Assembly: GCA_001938485.1 (NCBI GenBank)
Contig: MQRK01231162.1
Span: forward strand, 1 to 64,000
Length of the DNA: 64,000 bases
From: Girardia tigrina
Taxonomy: Eukaryota
Direction of reading: 5' to 3'
In this document: one piece after another, positions 39,860 to 53,418 of the stretch
Layout: each line of letters opens with the position of its first letter
Numbering within the stretch: position 1 is the first letter of the stretch
Program-made: the position numbers and the translations under genes
The notes under the pieces: model-generated
What the model was told of the DNA's origin: nothing
The model's database searches: none
The model's input: only the letters and a program-made list of their open reading frames with translations

Positions 39860-40490
39860 TTGAGAGAAAATATCAAAAAACGAATTCAAACTGGGTGTTA
39901 CTGGAGCGGAAGCGTCTAAAGTCATTCGCTCTATTTTTTCCGGGCGCCAAAAAACCGACCCAAACAACGCACGAACTGGCGCTGAATTCCAATACAACTA
40001 TTATTCAGGACCTTCGAAAAATGAACAAGCAAAATAAACGTGGTCAAGAGGTCCCGCATGAACTCAACTAAATAAAAAAAATCAGTGAATTAACTACTGT
40101 TCTTGGCTATTGCACAAATTCAGCCGGTCCGTGGTGGATTGCATTAGTTTTTGACGTGCAATGAGAACAGGGTGGTTTAACGTAACCGGAAACACAAAAC
40201 AAAGGAATAAGTGCATGTCAACCGGGAAAACGGCCCCTCTAAGTGATTTTGCGTATTTGGTGGATATCATAGGGACATGTTCAATGGGAACTCCTTCAGC
40301 GCGGTCAATTCATCTCCTTTGAAGTTTACTGCACCCAATGAGGCCGTGATTCGGCCGTTTTGTGTGCACATGGTATCAACACGGCTAGGTTTTTAAGAAG
40401 ACAACACCAGACCTCATGTTTCATGCCGTAAGCATAAAAACTTGAAAAATTTGGTTGGGATGTTTTGTTCTGGTCACTAGAATATTTCCT
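39860..40490 (+). mobile_element. Highly decayed mariner transposase remnant
   Basis: EFKLGVTGAEASKVI (HTH start) and later WELL...VYC.Q-like fragments in mixed frames. Confidence 0.5.
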
Positions 40491-41113
40491 TCGCGGATGC
40501 CGCTGCATCGACCGGAAAACACCAGAGTTTCCCACATCGGAATTGTCATGTTTCAGCCTTGTTAGAATGTAATAATCAAATGTAAAGGCGATTACAGTAA
40601 TGAAAACTACTCATTGTTATTGCCAAAATTTGACTTTTTATAAAATGTTAATTTACTGAAAAAAGAAATTATCAGAAATAGTTTAATATTTTCGATGTAA
40701 ATCTCTCAAAAGATTTGTTTACATGATGGGTGTATATTTTCGGATATCGGCAATTTTCGTTATTGATAAATTAATTTCTATAAAACTTTTTTTTGATAAA
40801 ATGAGCGACGAATACGACTGACCACAAAAAAATTAATAAATCTAATAGTAGAGATCGATTGAAATAAATCCAAATAAAATCAATTACAACTTATTGTTCC
40901 TCTAAAAATTGATTTAACCACCAAAATTTTGCCATTATTTCAGTTAGAAATCTTTTAAAATTTATAAATGAACATAAATTAATATTCAATGTTTTGAATA
41001 GCGTTTCACAACTGTAGTTTATGTGACATTATAGATAATACAAATGTAAATGATAAGAAAATCCAGTAATAATAATTTTATTTTCAAAATAACACCACTT
41101 TTTAATATTAGTA

Positions 41114-41684
41114 CGAGGGGCTTTCCGAAAGTAAGTGGAAAAAAGGGAGATGACACCACAAGAAAGCATTTATTGAAGGAATACAATGTCATTCATCATC
41201 CTCATCACTATCAAACTTGGTAAGGCAGCGATTTGCATTGATGGTCTCCGACACTTTTTCCACATATTCTACCGTGATCGTCGTTGCTGGACGTCCACTC
41301 CTGTCCTCGTCGTCCAAGGATTCACGTCCATTTTCGAATTGATGCACCCAATTGTAGAAGGCAAACTTTTGCAGAGCTCTTCCTTGAAACACATTTGATA
41401 AGCGGGGCACAATGTCAGACACTGGAGTATCCTCTTTCCAAAGGAAAAAGATGATGGCACACTGAGAACGTACTGCGTCTTCCATGTGTTAAACAAAAAT
41501 GAAAACACTGCATATGACAGCTTCCTCTATGCTGCTCACATATTGCATGGACAAATGCCACTTCTGCTCGATTTCTATTGGCTGGTAAGTACATCACGCC
41601 ACCACGCCATCTGTCCCTCTGTAAGATGCACACACACACATACCCGCATATAAGTATTTCCACTTACTTTCGGAACGCCCCTCG
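41114..41684 (-). mobile_element. Internally deleted mariner element (HTH region only)
   Basis: TIRs cgaggggc.ttccgaaagtaagtggaaa at both ends with TA TSD; ORF 41189-41485 WVHQFENGRESLDDEDRSGRP. Confidence 0.92.
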
Positions 41685-42815
41685 TAAAACAATTTATATT
41701 TTCATATCTCACATGCTTCCTTTCTATATGTTCTCACTGGCACCTAATTGAAATATTTCCTCTGGTCGATCTTCTGGAAAACGTCTAACATCTGCTTCTT
41801 GTTTGTTATTTCCGATTTTCACGGATTTTCGACAAATAATAGTTCTTTTTACTAAAAGCACTGATATCACTGGTAGCTCAAAGCGCAAATCAGACGCTAC
41901 CAATTTTCAGTGCATGTATCAACAGTAAGAAGGTACAGGCCCTGATGATACCGACAGTACTGTTTAACCGAAAGAATAATGTGTAATGATAAGATGAAGG
42001 AAAAAGAAACATGAATTAATGAAGTAGGCGAGTTCAAATAATAGTTATCTTAGTAACAAGAATGAAATAGTTAATGGGATTGATGAGATTTTCGAATGGA
42101 TATAATGAAAAACCTTGTGGTCTTGAAATTAATGGTAATGATGATGTGGTAGGGAAACCATTAAGACAAAATGAAAGGACCAATTGTCATGTTGTAAATG
42201 AAAGTATTGTTGACTGCAAAATGATTGACTATGTCAACTTTATGGCGAGTTTTGATTACAGTCGATGAGTAGTGAGATTGAAATTGAAGGATATTGAATC
42301 TACGTTAAGTAACAGTGTTGCTCAATATCGAATGTGTGAGGTGGACAAGGAAAATATTTTTATCAACTTAATAGATGGATCAATAAATGATGGGTGGTAC
42401 CAGTAGAGAAAAGTGAAGAAGAAATTATTTCTCTCATGCGACTGAAACAAGAATCGAAAGGAAAGGAGATACTCTTTTTTGGATTTAGAGACATAAATAA
42501 GTATATTCATTTTAACACGATAAACACAGCAGCTTATAGTCATACGCTCTAGAAGTGTAGAAAAATGTCTTGAAATTGTAGGATCATGAAAAAGATTTGT
42601 GGAAATGTCATAGAAGATGGAAACTGATTTAGAAAAAAAAGATGATATAAGTCACATACGTGTAGAAGAATTAGAAGCGGGATAAAAGGACTAAATACGA
42701 TTTTTAAATGGGACGTGAAGGAGTTCGCTATGATAACGGGTTCAAAATTAGTGTTTGGGTAGTTGAACTCGTTCATTAAAAGGAACAAATAAAAAAAGTG
42801 AGTGGAAATAATAAA

Positions 42816-43306
42816 TGTGAGGAATATTTTAAATTGTTTGAATGTGTAAATGTTGTGGTGCTGTATGTTGATTTAAGTATGTTGAATTTAGAATGGTGAT
42901 TCTCCCACCCAGATGGAAATTGATATTTTTATTAAATTTAAATGATTGACTATTCGAACATAATTAAAATAATCATTTTATAAGTTCATATTTTTTTATA
43001 ATTTAACAATTAAAATAAAGTTTAATATTTTTTAGTAAAATTTAAATTAAATGGATTTTTAATAATTTGATGACATTTTTATTATTTTGGGATTTATTGA
43101 GAAATGGTAAAAATTATTATTTTTTAATTTTTAGAAGTTAAATATTTTAAAAAATGACTTACAAAATTGTTCGAATAATCATGATTAAAAGTAGAAATAA
43201 GAAAACCAATTAGAATGATGACAAACGATGAAAGACTTTCTGAGAGTCATAATGACTCTAAATGTGATTGTAATAAAAATTCAAACGAGACTTGTCTAAA
43301 TGTTCT
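42816..43306 (+). repeat. LTR family A copy inside the old gypsy pol
   Basis: Colinear with the solo LTR 50033-52201 once its insertions are removed; last few bases missing. Confidence 0.85.
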
Positions 43307-44180
43307 TTTTGGTTAAAGGTTGTTTACAAATGGTTTAAAGCATAACAGTTGAATTTGGCATTCGGTGTAAATGTAAAAAAATAAGTTCAGCTAAAGATCT
43401 TGCAAATAGAATGACTAGGGTTTAGCGAGTTTAGTTGAACAAGACAAAGCTAAATATAGCAATGACAATGGAGGAGTGTGAATTTTCAGTTTCTGTAAAT
43501 AGATAAGGTCATAATTTACTTTATATGGGAGTAGAAAAGACGAAATCTACATGACAGGAGTGGTATATCAGCATAATCGAAATAAGTTAAAGGTGTGATA
43601 AAAGAGCGTGATAAATGTAACAGCATAGACATCTCATCGATAAGAGTAACCACGATTCATTGAGTGTTACAAGTAACTGGAAACGTATAGCGATTGACCA
43701 CACACATTAAATAGATATTAATTAAGTATAAATGATTGATTACGGGCTAAGCAGATTCACAGTGTGAAAACACGTGGATTCGTATTCTGAATATAATCTA
43801 ATTGAATAATGCCAGATTGTATTCTCAGAAAGAAGACCTACTCGAGAAGTGAGAGTGGATAATGGAACTGCATTTAAATCGTTAGAGTTTAAAACTTTTT
43901 GTTCGATGTGGGTGGTCAAAGTTGTTTACAGGTATTCATACATATCATCAACGAATGGAATTGTGATGAGATGTCAGAGAACTGTGAATCAAATTACTAG
44001 AAGATCGGATTATCCAATGTGGTAAGCAGTATTTTGGTATAATGTTTCGCTGCATGGATAAAGTTCCAATAAATTTGTCCCGTTACAGTTCATAATGTTT
44101 TATTACCAGTGATGAGGAATGAAGTTCTAAAATCTGGTAACAGAAAATAGAAAGTTTGGGATATGTTGTTCGTGAAACCT

Positions 44181-45848
44181 TGTCAACATTATGAGGGGTT
44201 AATTTAAATTTTCATCTCACCAAAATAATTTATTATTTTTTAATTTAAAAGGTAAAATATTTTAATGTTAATATGCTTTTTAAATATTTTAAAAAATGAT
44301 ATAATAAAAGAAAATCATAAAAAAATTAAATATCTATTTAAAAATAAAAAAATATCTTTTTAATGTATCTGTAAAAGTAATGAATTTGATTAATTGACTG
44401 ATATACGATAAATTCGTTACTTTTACTAATAAAAAATAAATCAACAAATAAATACAAATTTCGTTAATAATTAACTTTTTAATTTGTACAACAAATACTT
44501 ACAGATTTATAAATCTTGCATACTGGTAATATAAAACTGGAATGAATCTTTAGTGTCTTTCACAGTCGTATTATAAAAAACTCGACCTAGTTTCGTCAAA
44601 TGTTATGTAATTACTAAAGTAGTCAATTGTCGTTGAATAGTAAATTCGTTGATGGACTAATTTGGATCTTTGTACAGACGATATATGAGATGGATAAACG
44701 AATATTTTTAATAATTTCAGTCTCTAATAAGCCTGATTGAAATTATTGCTTCGCCGGAAATATCTGGTTGATCTGATATTCTTTTATTTTATATTGTCGT
44801 TAAGTATTTCTGTATTGTTTTCGATTTTTTTTATTTTTAATATATTCCAATCAATATCATTTTTAATAATTATTTTACGAATTAAATATTTTAATACTTG
44901 ACGATATAATGGTGATCTTTAAATTTTTGATATTTTTAAATGTTCGATATTTTTAAAAAAATCATATTTATATTTTAAATAAATCAAAAATAATATTCAA
45001 TTAATTAAAATGAAATAATTCTCTAAATAAAAATCTTTTTAAATTCTTAAAAAGTTAATTCCATAAATAATTGATAAAATATAGATATATAAATATATTA
45101 AAAATTTTAAAAATTTGAAAATAATTAATTGTTATAAATAATCTCTAAAATAAATATTTAAAACCAAAAGTTTTAAAACAGTTAAAAAAATATATATCTT
45201 AATTAATTTTAAAAAGTTAATTCCATAAATAATTAATAAAACATAGATATATAAATATATTAAAAATTTTATAATTAAAATCTGTATTAAATAAAGTTTG
45301 CAAAATTATGAATTCTGATTTCAATCACGAACCTAATAATGATATAACATAATTACATAATTTCTTTATTTCTTCTTTCTTAATTGATATTTTTTCATAA
45401 TCGTCTTCTTCTTCTTCCCCCGGAATTGAGAATAAAATAATAAGAATAAAAATATGAACAAAAATTGTCAATCTCATAACCAAAATAAAAATACGTTTAC
45501 ATGAGATAAAAATTAAATAAACATACGCACAGTATTTGTGAGTTTTTACAGTATCTATTAAATATCTTAAAATTAAAAATGATAAGAAAACCATTATATA
45601 TTAAATATTTATTTATAGTCATATTTATTTTACAGTCATAACAATTTATATATTTTAATATAAGTTATGAAACGATTTTAAAATACATTTTTAGTTTTAA
45701 TGTGAAATGTATTTAATAAATTTGCAAGATTTTAAAAATTGAATCGAAAAGAATTTAATAGATTAATTTGTGGCGAGATAATTAAATTAGCAGAAAAATT
45801 TGTTTAAATATGTGAATTGTTGTTATATTAATAAATTTTGATGTTGCA
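44181..45848. mobile_element. Unclassified 1.67-kb TG...CA insertion (possible long solo LTR)
   Basis: Interrupts the integrase C-terminus; termini tgtcaaca / tgttgca; internal repeat of about 58 bp at 45051 and 45212. Confidence 0.5.
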
Positions 45849-47698
45849 ACCACTTCTCACAAACATGTAAGATGTACTTAGGCAGAGTTACGAGGAGTTG
45901 TAACCAGAGTGGTAAGCGACAAATGCATTGATATCAACAGGTTGTCGAGACACTTTCAGGATCTAAGACACAAACCAAACAACAGACTGGTGGATGTTGG
46001 AAATCATGGACGAAACGAAAAACAATGTCAGATGAGCATCAGCAGCAGTAGTAACGAGGGCGAATGTATCGAAGCAGACGAGGAAGAAACTAGTGTACGA
46101 AAGTCAAATAGAATACGGAAGGGACCCCACTGATTGAATGACTATGTAAACTAGAGTTCAAGTGGGGATGCGAATTAAAATTACTGAAAATTAACTAATT
46201 TATTTATGGAAACTGAAATCATTGTTTGAATATTCGGATCTGTCGTGGAAGTGGCGTGGTTGTTTTGAATGTTAATAAATTGTTTGATCAAGAGCGTTTG
46301 TTTTTTTCTTCTAATTGAGTTAGGAAATTTGTTCGAAACTATAAGGTTTAATAAAAATAAAAAAAATGGAAGATCTTTTCTATATTTTATAATATTTGAT
46401 ATTTTTTAAGTTAACATATTAATAGTTTTTGCTAAATTTGGAGTAAATAACTCTAAAAAATATTAAAAAAATGAAAAATTTAATGAATAAATCTTCATCA
46501 TAAGTATTAGTTAACATATCTTTGCTTATTAAACAGGAATTTGACTTCTTGTTAGAAGGATAAAGAATCTTCACATTAAATAAAGAATAGAGTAATTTAA
46601 TCTTTCTATTTCACTCTCAACAAAAGACAAAATAAATAACATCAGAAGGATGTTCTGTACTTCAATGAAGAAACGTATCTTCTTCGTGATAATAAAAGTT
46701 TCCTCTTTGATGACAAAAAAAGTTAAAGTAAATCTCTGTTTGTTAAAGTATTAAAAGTGTTTTTTAAGTATGTAAAATTCAATTGAAAAATAACACTTAG
46801 AAAATTTTAGTTTCGTGTTTTACTTTTTATTTCACAATTTTCAATTTGTTTTGAAAAATATAATATTTTTGTACTTATTATTATTATTATTATTATTTTT
46901 ATTACAAGACCCGTTTAAAAACAGTACTAGAAATTTAAAGAATTTTAATATTTTATTGAAATATTTTTTTTAATTAAATTAAATTAATTAATGTAATTTG
47001 ATTCTTTAAAAACAATTAATGTAAAAAAAATAAAATTTAATAAAAAAAATCACAAATTAAAAAAAATAATATTTCGAAAAATTAATTATATTTATTTATT
47101 TAATATAATTATGTAAACATAATTATCAAGTATGTTTTTAATTAATTAAGTTTATTTAATATCAATTATTTAAGAAATATTGAATAGTTTGAAATTATTT
47201 CAAATAACTTAAATTAATTTTAATTAAAACTAGAAAGAAAAATTATTTTAAGTTAATTAATGTATCATGGCTTTTAAAATTTTTATTTACTTATGACATA
47301 TATTTTTCAGGTGCTCTTTCATGTTTCATATTTTTTCTTTAACTTAAATTTGGCACTTTTGTCACTGAAAGGTTGTTGACCTTGACTTTAAACTGCATAA
47401 ACTATTGCTGAGTGGAATAAATTGCCAAAATTGACTAGTACCGGATTCCTCCGAAAATAAGATCAGTCGCAAATAAGACCATGAGCGTATTTTAAGTGTC
47501 CATTTTCCCGAAAAAAATACGATTTTCTGAAAGATGTCCCAGGGATTATTGATGGAAATATCCGGTACTTGTTATACTCTGAAGAAGGGATATTGAAGTT
47601 CCATTAATATTACCGATTTCGAACCCATTCTACAGTTTCATTTTTACTAAAAACAGTTGTTTAATAAAAATAAATTTTACTTAAAATGTTTCCATTAA

Positions 47699-48135
47699 CA
47701 CTAGAACTCCGCAGAAAAATTTATACCTTTAACTCCCAAGTGCGGTCAAAATGACCGAATTCATAAAATCGTGTAATGCAACATCTGGAAAAATATTAAC
47801 GCATAAAATTTAATTTAGAAGTCCGAGTCTCATCGGCTGACACAATATTCTCTCACAAACCGGTCATTCGCAAAAGTTTGTACATTTGTAGTATTTTCGA
47901 ATGTGGATCCCACAGCGTGGCTTCACACAAACCAATCAAGAAGAACTTGTTTTGTTGCAGCATTAGTGAACACTGCATGGGGTTTGTGGTGCTTCTTCTT
48001 TCATTTTTTGTTCGGAGGTTGTTTGTTAGCCGATTTGAAGAATGAATTATTTTCGAGTAGTATAGGCATCTGGAACTGAATCATTGTAAATTATCCAAGC
48101 GTTGAGCGCTACCTTGTCGAAAATATCGAAAAAAA
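47699..48135 (-). mobile_element. piggyBac 3' remnant
   Basis: TTAA|cactagaac terminus; FFDIFDKVALNAWIIYND and Cys-rich CSVH.CCNKTSS..LVCVKPRCGIH tail. Confidence 0.75.
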
Positions 48136-50071
48136 TTTCATTGATACTGTAAAGAACGTAAACTAGATAACAAAATTTATTATATAAAATATTGATCGGG
48201 GTTTGCTAACCAATTAAACTGGAAAATCCTCCTCTTTTATATTAAGGCTATATTATATAATATTATATATGCCCCGGGGTCAGTTTATTCAATTGAAATT
48301 GACCTTTCAATTGCATATTTCGGTGACCTCATGACATATGAAATCACCGGAATTTGAACTCTTGTGATGTCATAAGATGTGACATCACTGAAGTTCAATA
48401 TTATTGAATGTTGGGAGGAATGACATCACCACAGATACAATAATGATAAAATAAATTTCAATGAAAATAGCGAATAACAAAGAGGTTATTTTTAAAATTT
48501 CTTTCAATTTTTGTTTCGTTCTATGTAGCTCAGTGTGATGTTGTTTTGTCATTTGACTATTTAATAATTATATTTTTTCTGATTTTGACTTTTCTCCAAC
48601 CTTGCACAGACACAACTAAAAATGATAAAACTCATAAAATAAATACATAAACATGTACATAATCAGGCATGACATAAAAAAATAAAAATAAATAAAATAA
48701 TGACTGTCAGCAAAATAAAATAAATAAGTAGATAAATAAAGATTAATAAATTACAATAATTAGATATATAAGAATAAGAATAAGACGATGCGTTTTGAGA
48801 TAAAAATCTAATTATATGGTTAATCCCCACTATGCATAAAACTAACACATAATAAAACTTCAAAATAATTAAAAAAACATTTTACCAATAAGTCATTGGA
48901 TAAAAATAAATTTATTCCATGTTTTTTTTAAATTAAGTTAAATTACACGACAAGTGATAGATTTGACTCACAAACCAACCATTGTTAGCAATCAATTGCT
49001 GTTTGAGAAAACGACATGTTTACTTTATCGTTCTGTACTTTAATGAGTAACGGAGACATGTGATAAAGATAACAATTAACAGCCAACCAATAATTAATTA
49101 GAACTCCAAAGATCAAAACCAGGAGTTGCATATGAGGTAAATGTTTCTTTTTAAATCTCGAATAAAAGTTTGTAGATATGAAGTTTTTGTCATTGTATAT
49201 CATTTTAATATTTAAAATATCAGATAAAAGGTAAATTAAAAATTTTCTCTTGTCTTACAGTTAGTACAAGCTGGTCATTTGATACATTCCTATATGAAGT
49301 AAGGGTCAATTTATTTTAGTGTCTCGTACATGCTGTTGAACAAGTTCTTAATGTAAATAAAAATAAATAAGTTCGGGTAGTACACTTTCTATGTTATAAA
49401 TATTTATTTCATTCAATTCAAAGCATCAAAGGTTCATCTTTAAAACACAGCTTTATAATTATAATCTTTTGACATTTGATTATTGGAGGTCAAACTAAAG
49501 TTTTCATATATCTTGTAAAAGTAAAATTCTGCCGTTTGAATACTAAAAAAGCATATTTTTATGTGTACTTACATGTATATAGTCGGTTTCATTGAATAGA
49601 TTAAGAGATTTATTCAAAATTATTTATAAAAATATAAAATATAAAAAAGCGAACAAACCCCAAACCATTATCGTAAGACTGAAATGATATATCTGAAATT
49701 CGTTTAGCGCGGAAATATCGGTTTTGACATCGCGCTTTTGTCGTGCCCGTAATTGTCGGGATACCAAAAATACCTTGGGTTAAGTAAAGATGAAGAAAAT
49801 TTTCAATTTCCAAAAAGATTATCTCATTTAAAAATTAACAAAAAAAGAAAACGGATCTTTTTATACTTTAGAAAATGGTGAGTTGAACAGGAACTGTTTG
49901 ATCATGTTATTTTTATATGACAACTGGCCTAGTTCACATTTTGTGAGTTCGATACCTCTTCATTATTATCTTTCTGTTAATAATTCAAAAATATATTATG
50001 ATTATAGTTTTTATAATTTATATATTCATTAATGTGAGGAATATTTTAAATTGTATGAATCTGTGAATGTA

Positions 50072-51563
50072 TACTACTGAACAAAATATTTGCAATTACA
50101 TTTTGGTGCATTTTTAAAAGTTTTAGGTAAACTAATTCTTTTTTAAACTAAAGTCAACCTATTGATGTATCATAATATATATTGACACATTTGTTTGTTT
50201 TAATAGTTCAATAAATAATAATGAATTTGCGTATTTTTGTAATGTTTTTTTGGCCACATTTTTGCATTACTATATTTTAATGTTTTGTAATTAATTATTN
50301 AATGTTATTTTGATAGATATATTATTTTTAGATATTTAGAATGACGCTAAGCGTTGAAAAAATTGATATAATTAAAAATTATTTATTGAAAGGAACCTCC
50401 AAAAAGGTCATAGCTGAGAGCCTAAATGTTAGCCTGAGGACGATTTATAGTGTCTCAAGTGGTGCAAGAAGTTTTAATCCTCCAAGGAATTCAACCTCGA
50501 AGAAATATAAAATAAACAATGAAATTAAAAAAGCTATAGTGTCTTTAGAAAAGGGTCATAAAAAAGTGACATCAGTGGCAATTGGCAATATATTGTCCAN
50601 NNNNNNNNNNNNNNNNNNNNNNNNNNNNNNNNNNNNNNNNNNNNNNNNNNNNNNNNNNNNNNNNNNNNNNNNNNNNNNNNNNNNNNNNNNNNNNNNNGCC
50701 AAAAGAGTAGAAATAGTGCGGTCATGGATTATTGAAAATGTCGATTTTGACAAAGTTGTTTTTTCTGATGAGTGCCGCTTTTCTCTCGACGGCAACGATA
50801 ACTTTATGTCATGGAGCGAAGATAATAACACACAGCGTGCAAGATGACCGTTTGGTGGTGGCTCAATAATGATTTGGGGTTGCATTAGCCGTGATGGACC
50901 ATTGCTTGTTAGAAGAGTTGAAGGCACCATTAATTCTAATTCCTATTGTGATATGTTGAAGGACGATATATTTCCGTTGCTAAAGAATGAAATAGATTCA
51001 TTTTTATTCCAACAAGACAACGCGCGTGCGCACACAAGCAAGAAAACCATTGAGATGCTTACTGCTGAAAAAGTAGACATATTACCCTGGCCAGCTCATA
51101 GCCGTGACTTATCTCCTATAGAGAAAGTCTGGAGTATTAATAAGCAGAGATTATATAATGGTCCACAATTTGATGGCAAAGAGTCACTATGGTCTGGAAT
51201 TTGTCATGAAGTCGATAAAATCAATGATGAAGAGTTTGGTATTTTATCAAACTTATATAGACATTGTAAAGAAAATGTGTGTCTATTATTAAAGAATGAT
51301 GGTGCATTATTGCGATAATAAATGTTACTTAGTTTTATTTTTATTACTAATAAAAAAATTAAATGAGTGCAAAAATGCGGCCAAAAAAAACATTACAAAA
51401 ATACCCAAATTCATTATTATCTAATAAACTATTAAAACAAACAAATGTGTCAATGTATATTATAATACATCAATAGGTTGACTTTAGTTTAAAAAAGAAC
51501 TAATTTACCTAAAACTTTTAAAAATGCACGAAAATGTAATTGCAAATATTTTGTCCAGTAGTA
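50072..51563 (+). mobile_element. Tc1-like DD34E transposon with TIRs of about 195 bp
   Basis: Long TIRs 50072-50267 / 51367-51563, TA TSD. Confidence 0.95.
50341..51318 (+). pseudogene. Tc1 transposase with one visible in-frame stop
   Basis: VVFSDECRF, FQQDNARAH, DLSPIEKVW (34-residue spacing); TGA at 50845-50847 between two in-frame ORFs. Confidence 0.92.
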
Positions 51564-51652
51564 TATTAATGTTGTATGTTGATTTTGAGTATGCTGAACT
51601 TAGAATGGGGATTCTCCCACCCAGATGGAAATTGCTATTTTTTTTGTATTTA

Positions 51653-51860
51653 CACTCATACCTCGCTATACGGCCGCTCTTTATACGGCTTTTCGCTATA
51701 ACGGCCTACTTTAATTATGGCACTTTTTCGATTTACGGCCTAGAATTTTTCGTTATACGGCAAAAAAAAATTTTGAAAAAAGTGTGAAAAAAACATTAAT
51801 ATACATATTTTCTAGGCCGTATCTAGGAACGTATCTAGGCCGTATATCGAGGTATGAGTG
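51653..51860. mobile_element. pogo/Tigger-like MITE
   Basis: TIR cactcatacctcg.tatacggcc / ggccgtata.cgaggtatgagtg, TA TSD, internal tacggc repeats. Confidence 0.85.
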
Positions 51861-52860
51861 TACAGTGATTGACTATTCAAACATAATTAAAATAAAATTA
51901 TAAGTTAAGCTTAATATTTAAAAAAAAGAAAACATTTAATTAGATTTAAATTAAATTCATTTCTAACAATTTTATAAAATTTTCATTTTTTGAGTATTTA
52001 TGAAGAAATAATTAAAATTATTATTTTTAATTAATATTTTTAGAAATTAAATATTTTAAAAAAAATTAGAAAAATTGTTCGAATAATCACGATTAAAAAT
52101 AGAAATAAAAGAAACAATTAGAGCGATGTCAAACGGTGACGATGACTCTGAATGTGATTGTAATAAAAATTCAAATGAAAATTGTCTCAATGTTCTTAAC
52201 AATTAATATGTAAGTACGCAGTAAATATACTTCAACGCAGAAACGTTATTTCAATTGTTTCCCTTTGACAAGTTCCTTTTGTTTTACATTTATATCCATA
52301 TATTAATCCTGTTGAGTACCATTAGTCCACTCGGGGTCCCTTTTGGTTTTTTGTATTTGAAACGCGTTATTTTGGATTGGAATTTTTCATTTACTTGTTT
52401 AGTGCTACGTGTTCACATGTGTACTCTTTTTATAAATATGTTTTGCATAGGCTACCAAATCTTTCAGTTCCAGAGGACATCAGAAATTGAAACGGACTGG
52501 ACTGATGAGATAAATTTTTATTTTTAACCTAGAATAAAAAAAACTTTTTCTGGTGAAAAATAGTTGGTCCCTTAGGGGTGACCAGCAAAATGACGCATAA
52601 CTCGTTAGCGTTGTTTACATATTTTTATCAGTACATTATATATAATTATTCCTTACCATTACTCGTCTTCGTTGGGATTTTTATGTTTTTTTTGCGAATA
52701 GATATTATTCTATTAAAATTATTAAAAACCAAAAAATATTAAAATTTAATTTTATCATACACATCATATTACCTGACATAATTGCTGAATATTTTTCAGG
52801 TGTAAAGGTTTATAGTTTATAGGATTAAAGCTTATCAATAAAAATGTTTATCAAAAAAAA

Positions 52861-53199
52861 GGTCCTTTCCACGTGGTGTCCCTGGGAAACTAGAGCATGT
52901 TCTAGGCTAAAGTGTCCGAAGCTTGCCTTGTTGGGGTGCTGACCAACATAATACGGGGGTCTGGACTTGCAATCCACCCCTTTAAAAGGCATGCTATCCG
53001 AGCGGGATCGTGGAAACGTCTTTTGGCGGGGCCAATGATCAGTTGAGGGGTGAAACCCAATGACACAACCGACTCGGCTCCTTATAGGCTCTACGAGTCA
53101 TTAGCGCGGGTTGCCGCGTTGAGGAGGCCTACAAAGGTCCTTACCTTTAAAGATTCATGTGAGTATCACCACATATGGTCGAAAGGCTAGATCCCAAAT
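52861..53199 (+). mobile_element. GC-rich 5' UTR-like fragment of a non-LTR retroelement (RTE-like or SINE)
   Basis: Sharp GC island with several hairpins directly downstream of the ribozyme core; no ORF follows. Confidence 0.45.
52864..52917 (+). ncRNA. HDV-like ribozyme core (5'-truncated)
   Basis: L3 UCCACGU, GGU, P1 3' strand GUCCCU, GG for P1.1, GAAA, P4 CUAGAG/UUCUAG, J4/2 GCUAA; same order as R2/RTE HDV-like ribozymes. P1/P2 5' strands not found and P3 is weak. Confidence 0.6.
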
Positions 53200-53418
53200 A
53201 TGAATGTAAGAGGATTCCATAATAATTAACAAAACAGAAAATATATATTTGTGATTTTAAAAATTACACGAGTTGTTAATATTATTTAAACAAATTCAAG
53301 AGATTAATTTGAATATTTTGGANNNNNNNNNNNNNNNNNNNNNNNNNNNNNNNNNNNNNNNNNNNNNNNNNNNNNNNNNNNNNNNNNNNNNNNNNNNNNN
53401 NNNNNNNNNNNNNNNNNN

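Larger units (their letters stand above)
41950..46168 (+). mobile_element. Old, interrupted Ty3/gypsy pol (second family)
   Basis: RNase H end EFGIRCK..LANRMTR (about 43350); integrase VRVDNGTAFKSLEFKTFC..TNGIVMR (43850-43970); C-terminus VKP|..RCT..GVVTRVVS..RH..DLR..RKSNRIRKGP; PPT aagtgggga near 46160. Split by insertions at 42816 and 44181. Confidence 0.7.
50033..52201 (+). repeat. Solo LTR, family A (about 465 bp), carrying two nested DNA transposons
   Basis: TG...CA with 5-bp TSD ATTAA (50028-50032, 52202-52206). Confidence 0.9.

Noticed and set aside
41942-41975. CTGATGA...CGAAA spacing like a hammerhead
   Set aside because: Stem II arms do not pair and there is no stem I.
47579-47610. 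CTGAAGA plus short stem
   Set aside because: GAAA box is missing.
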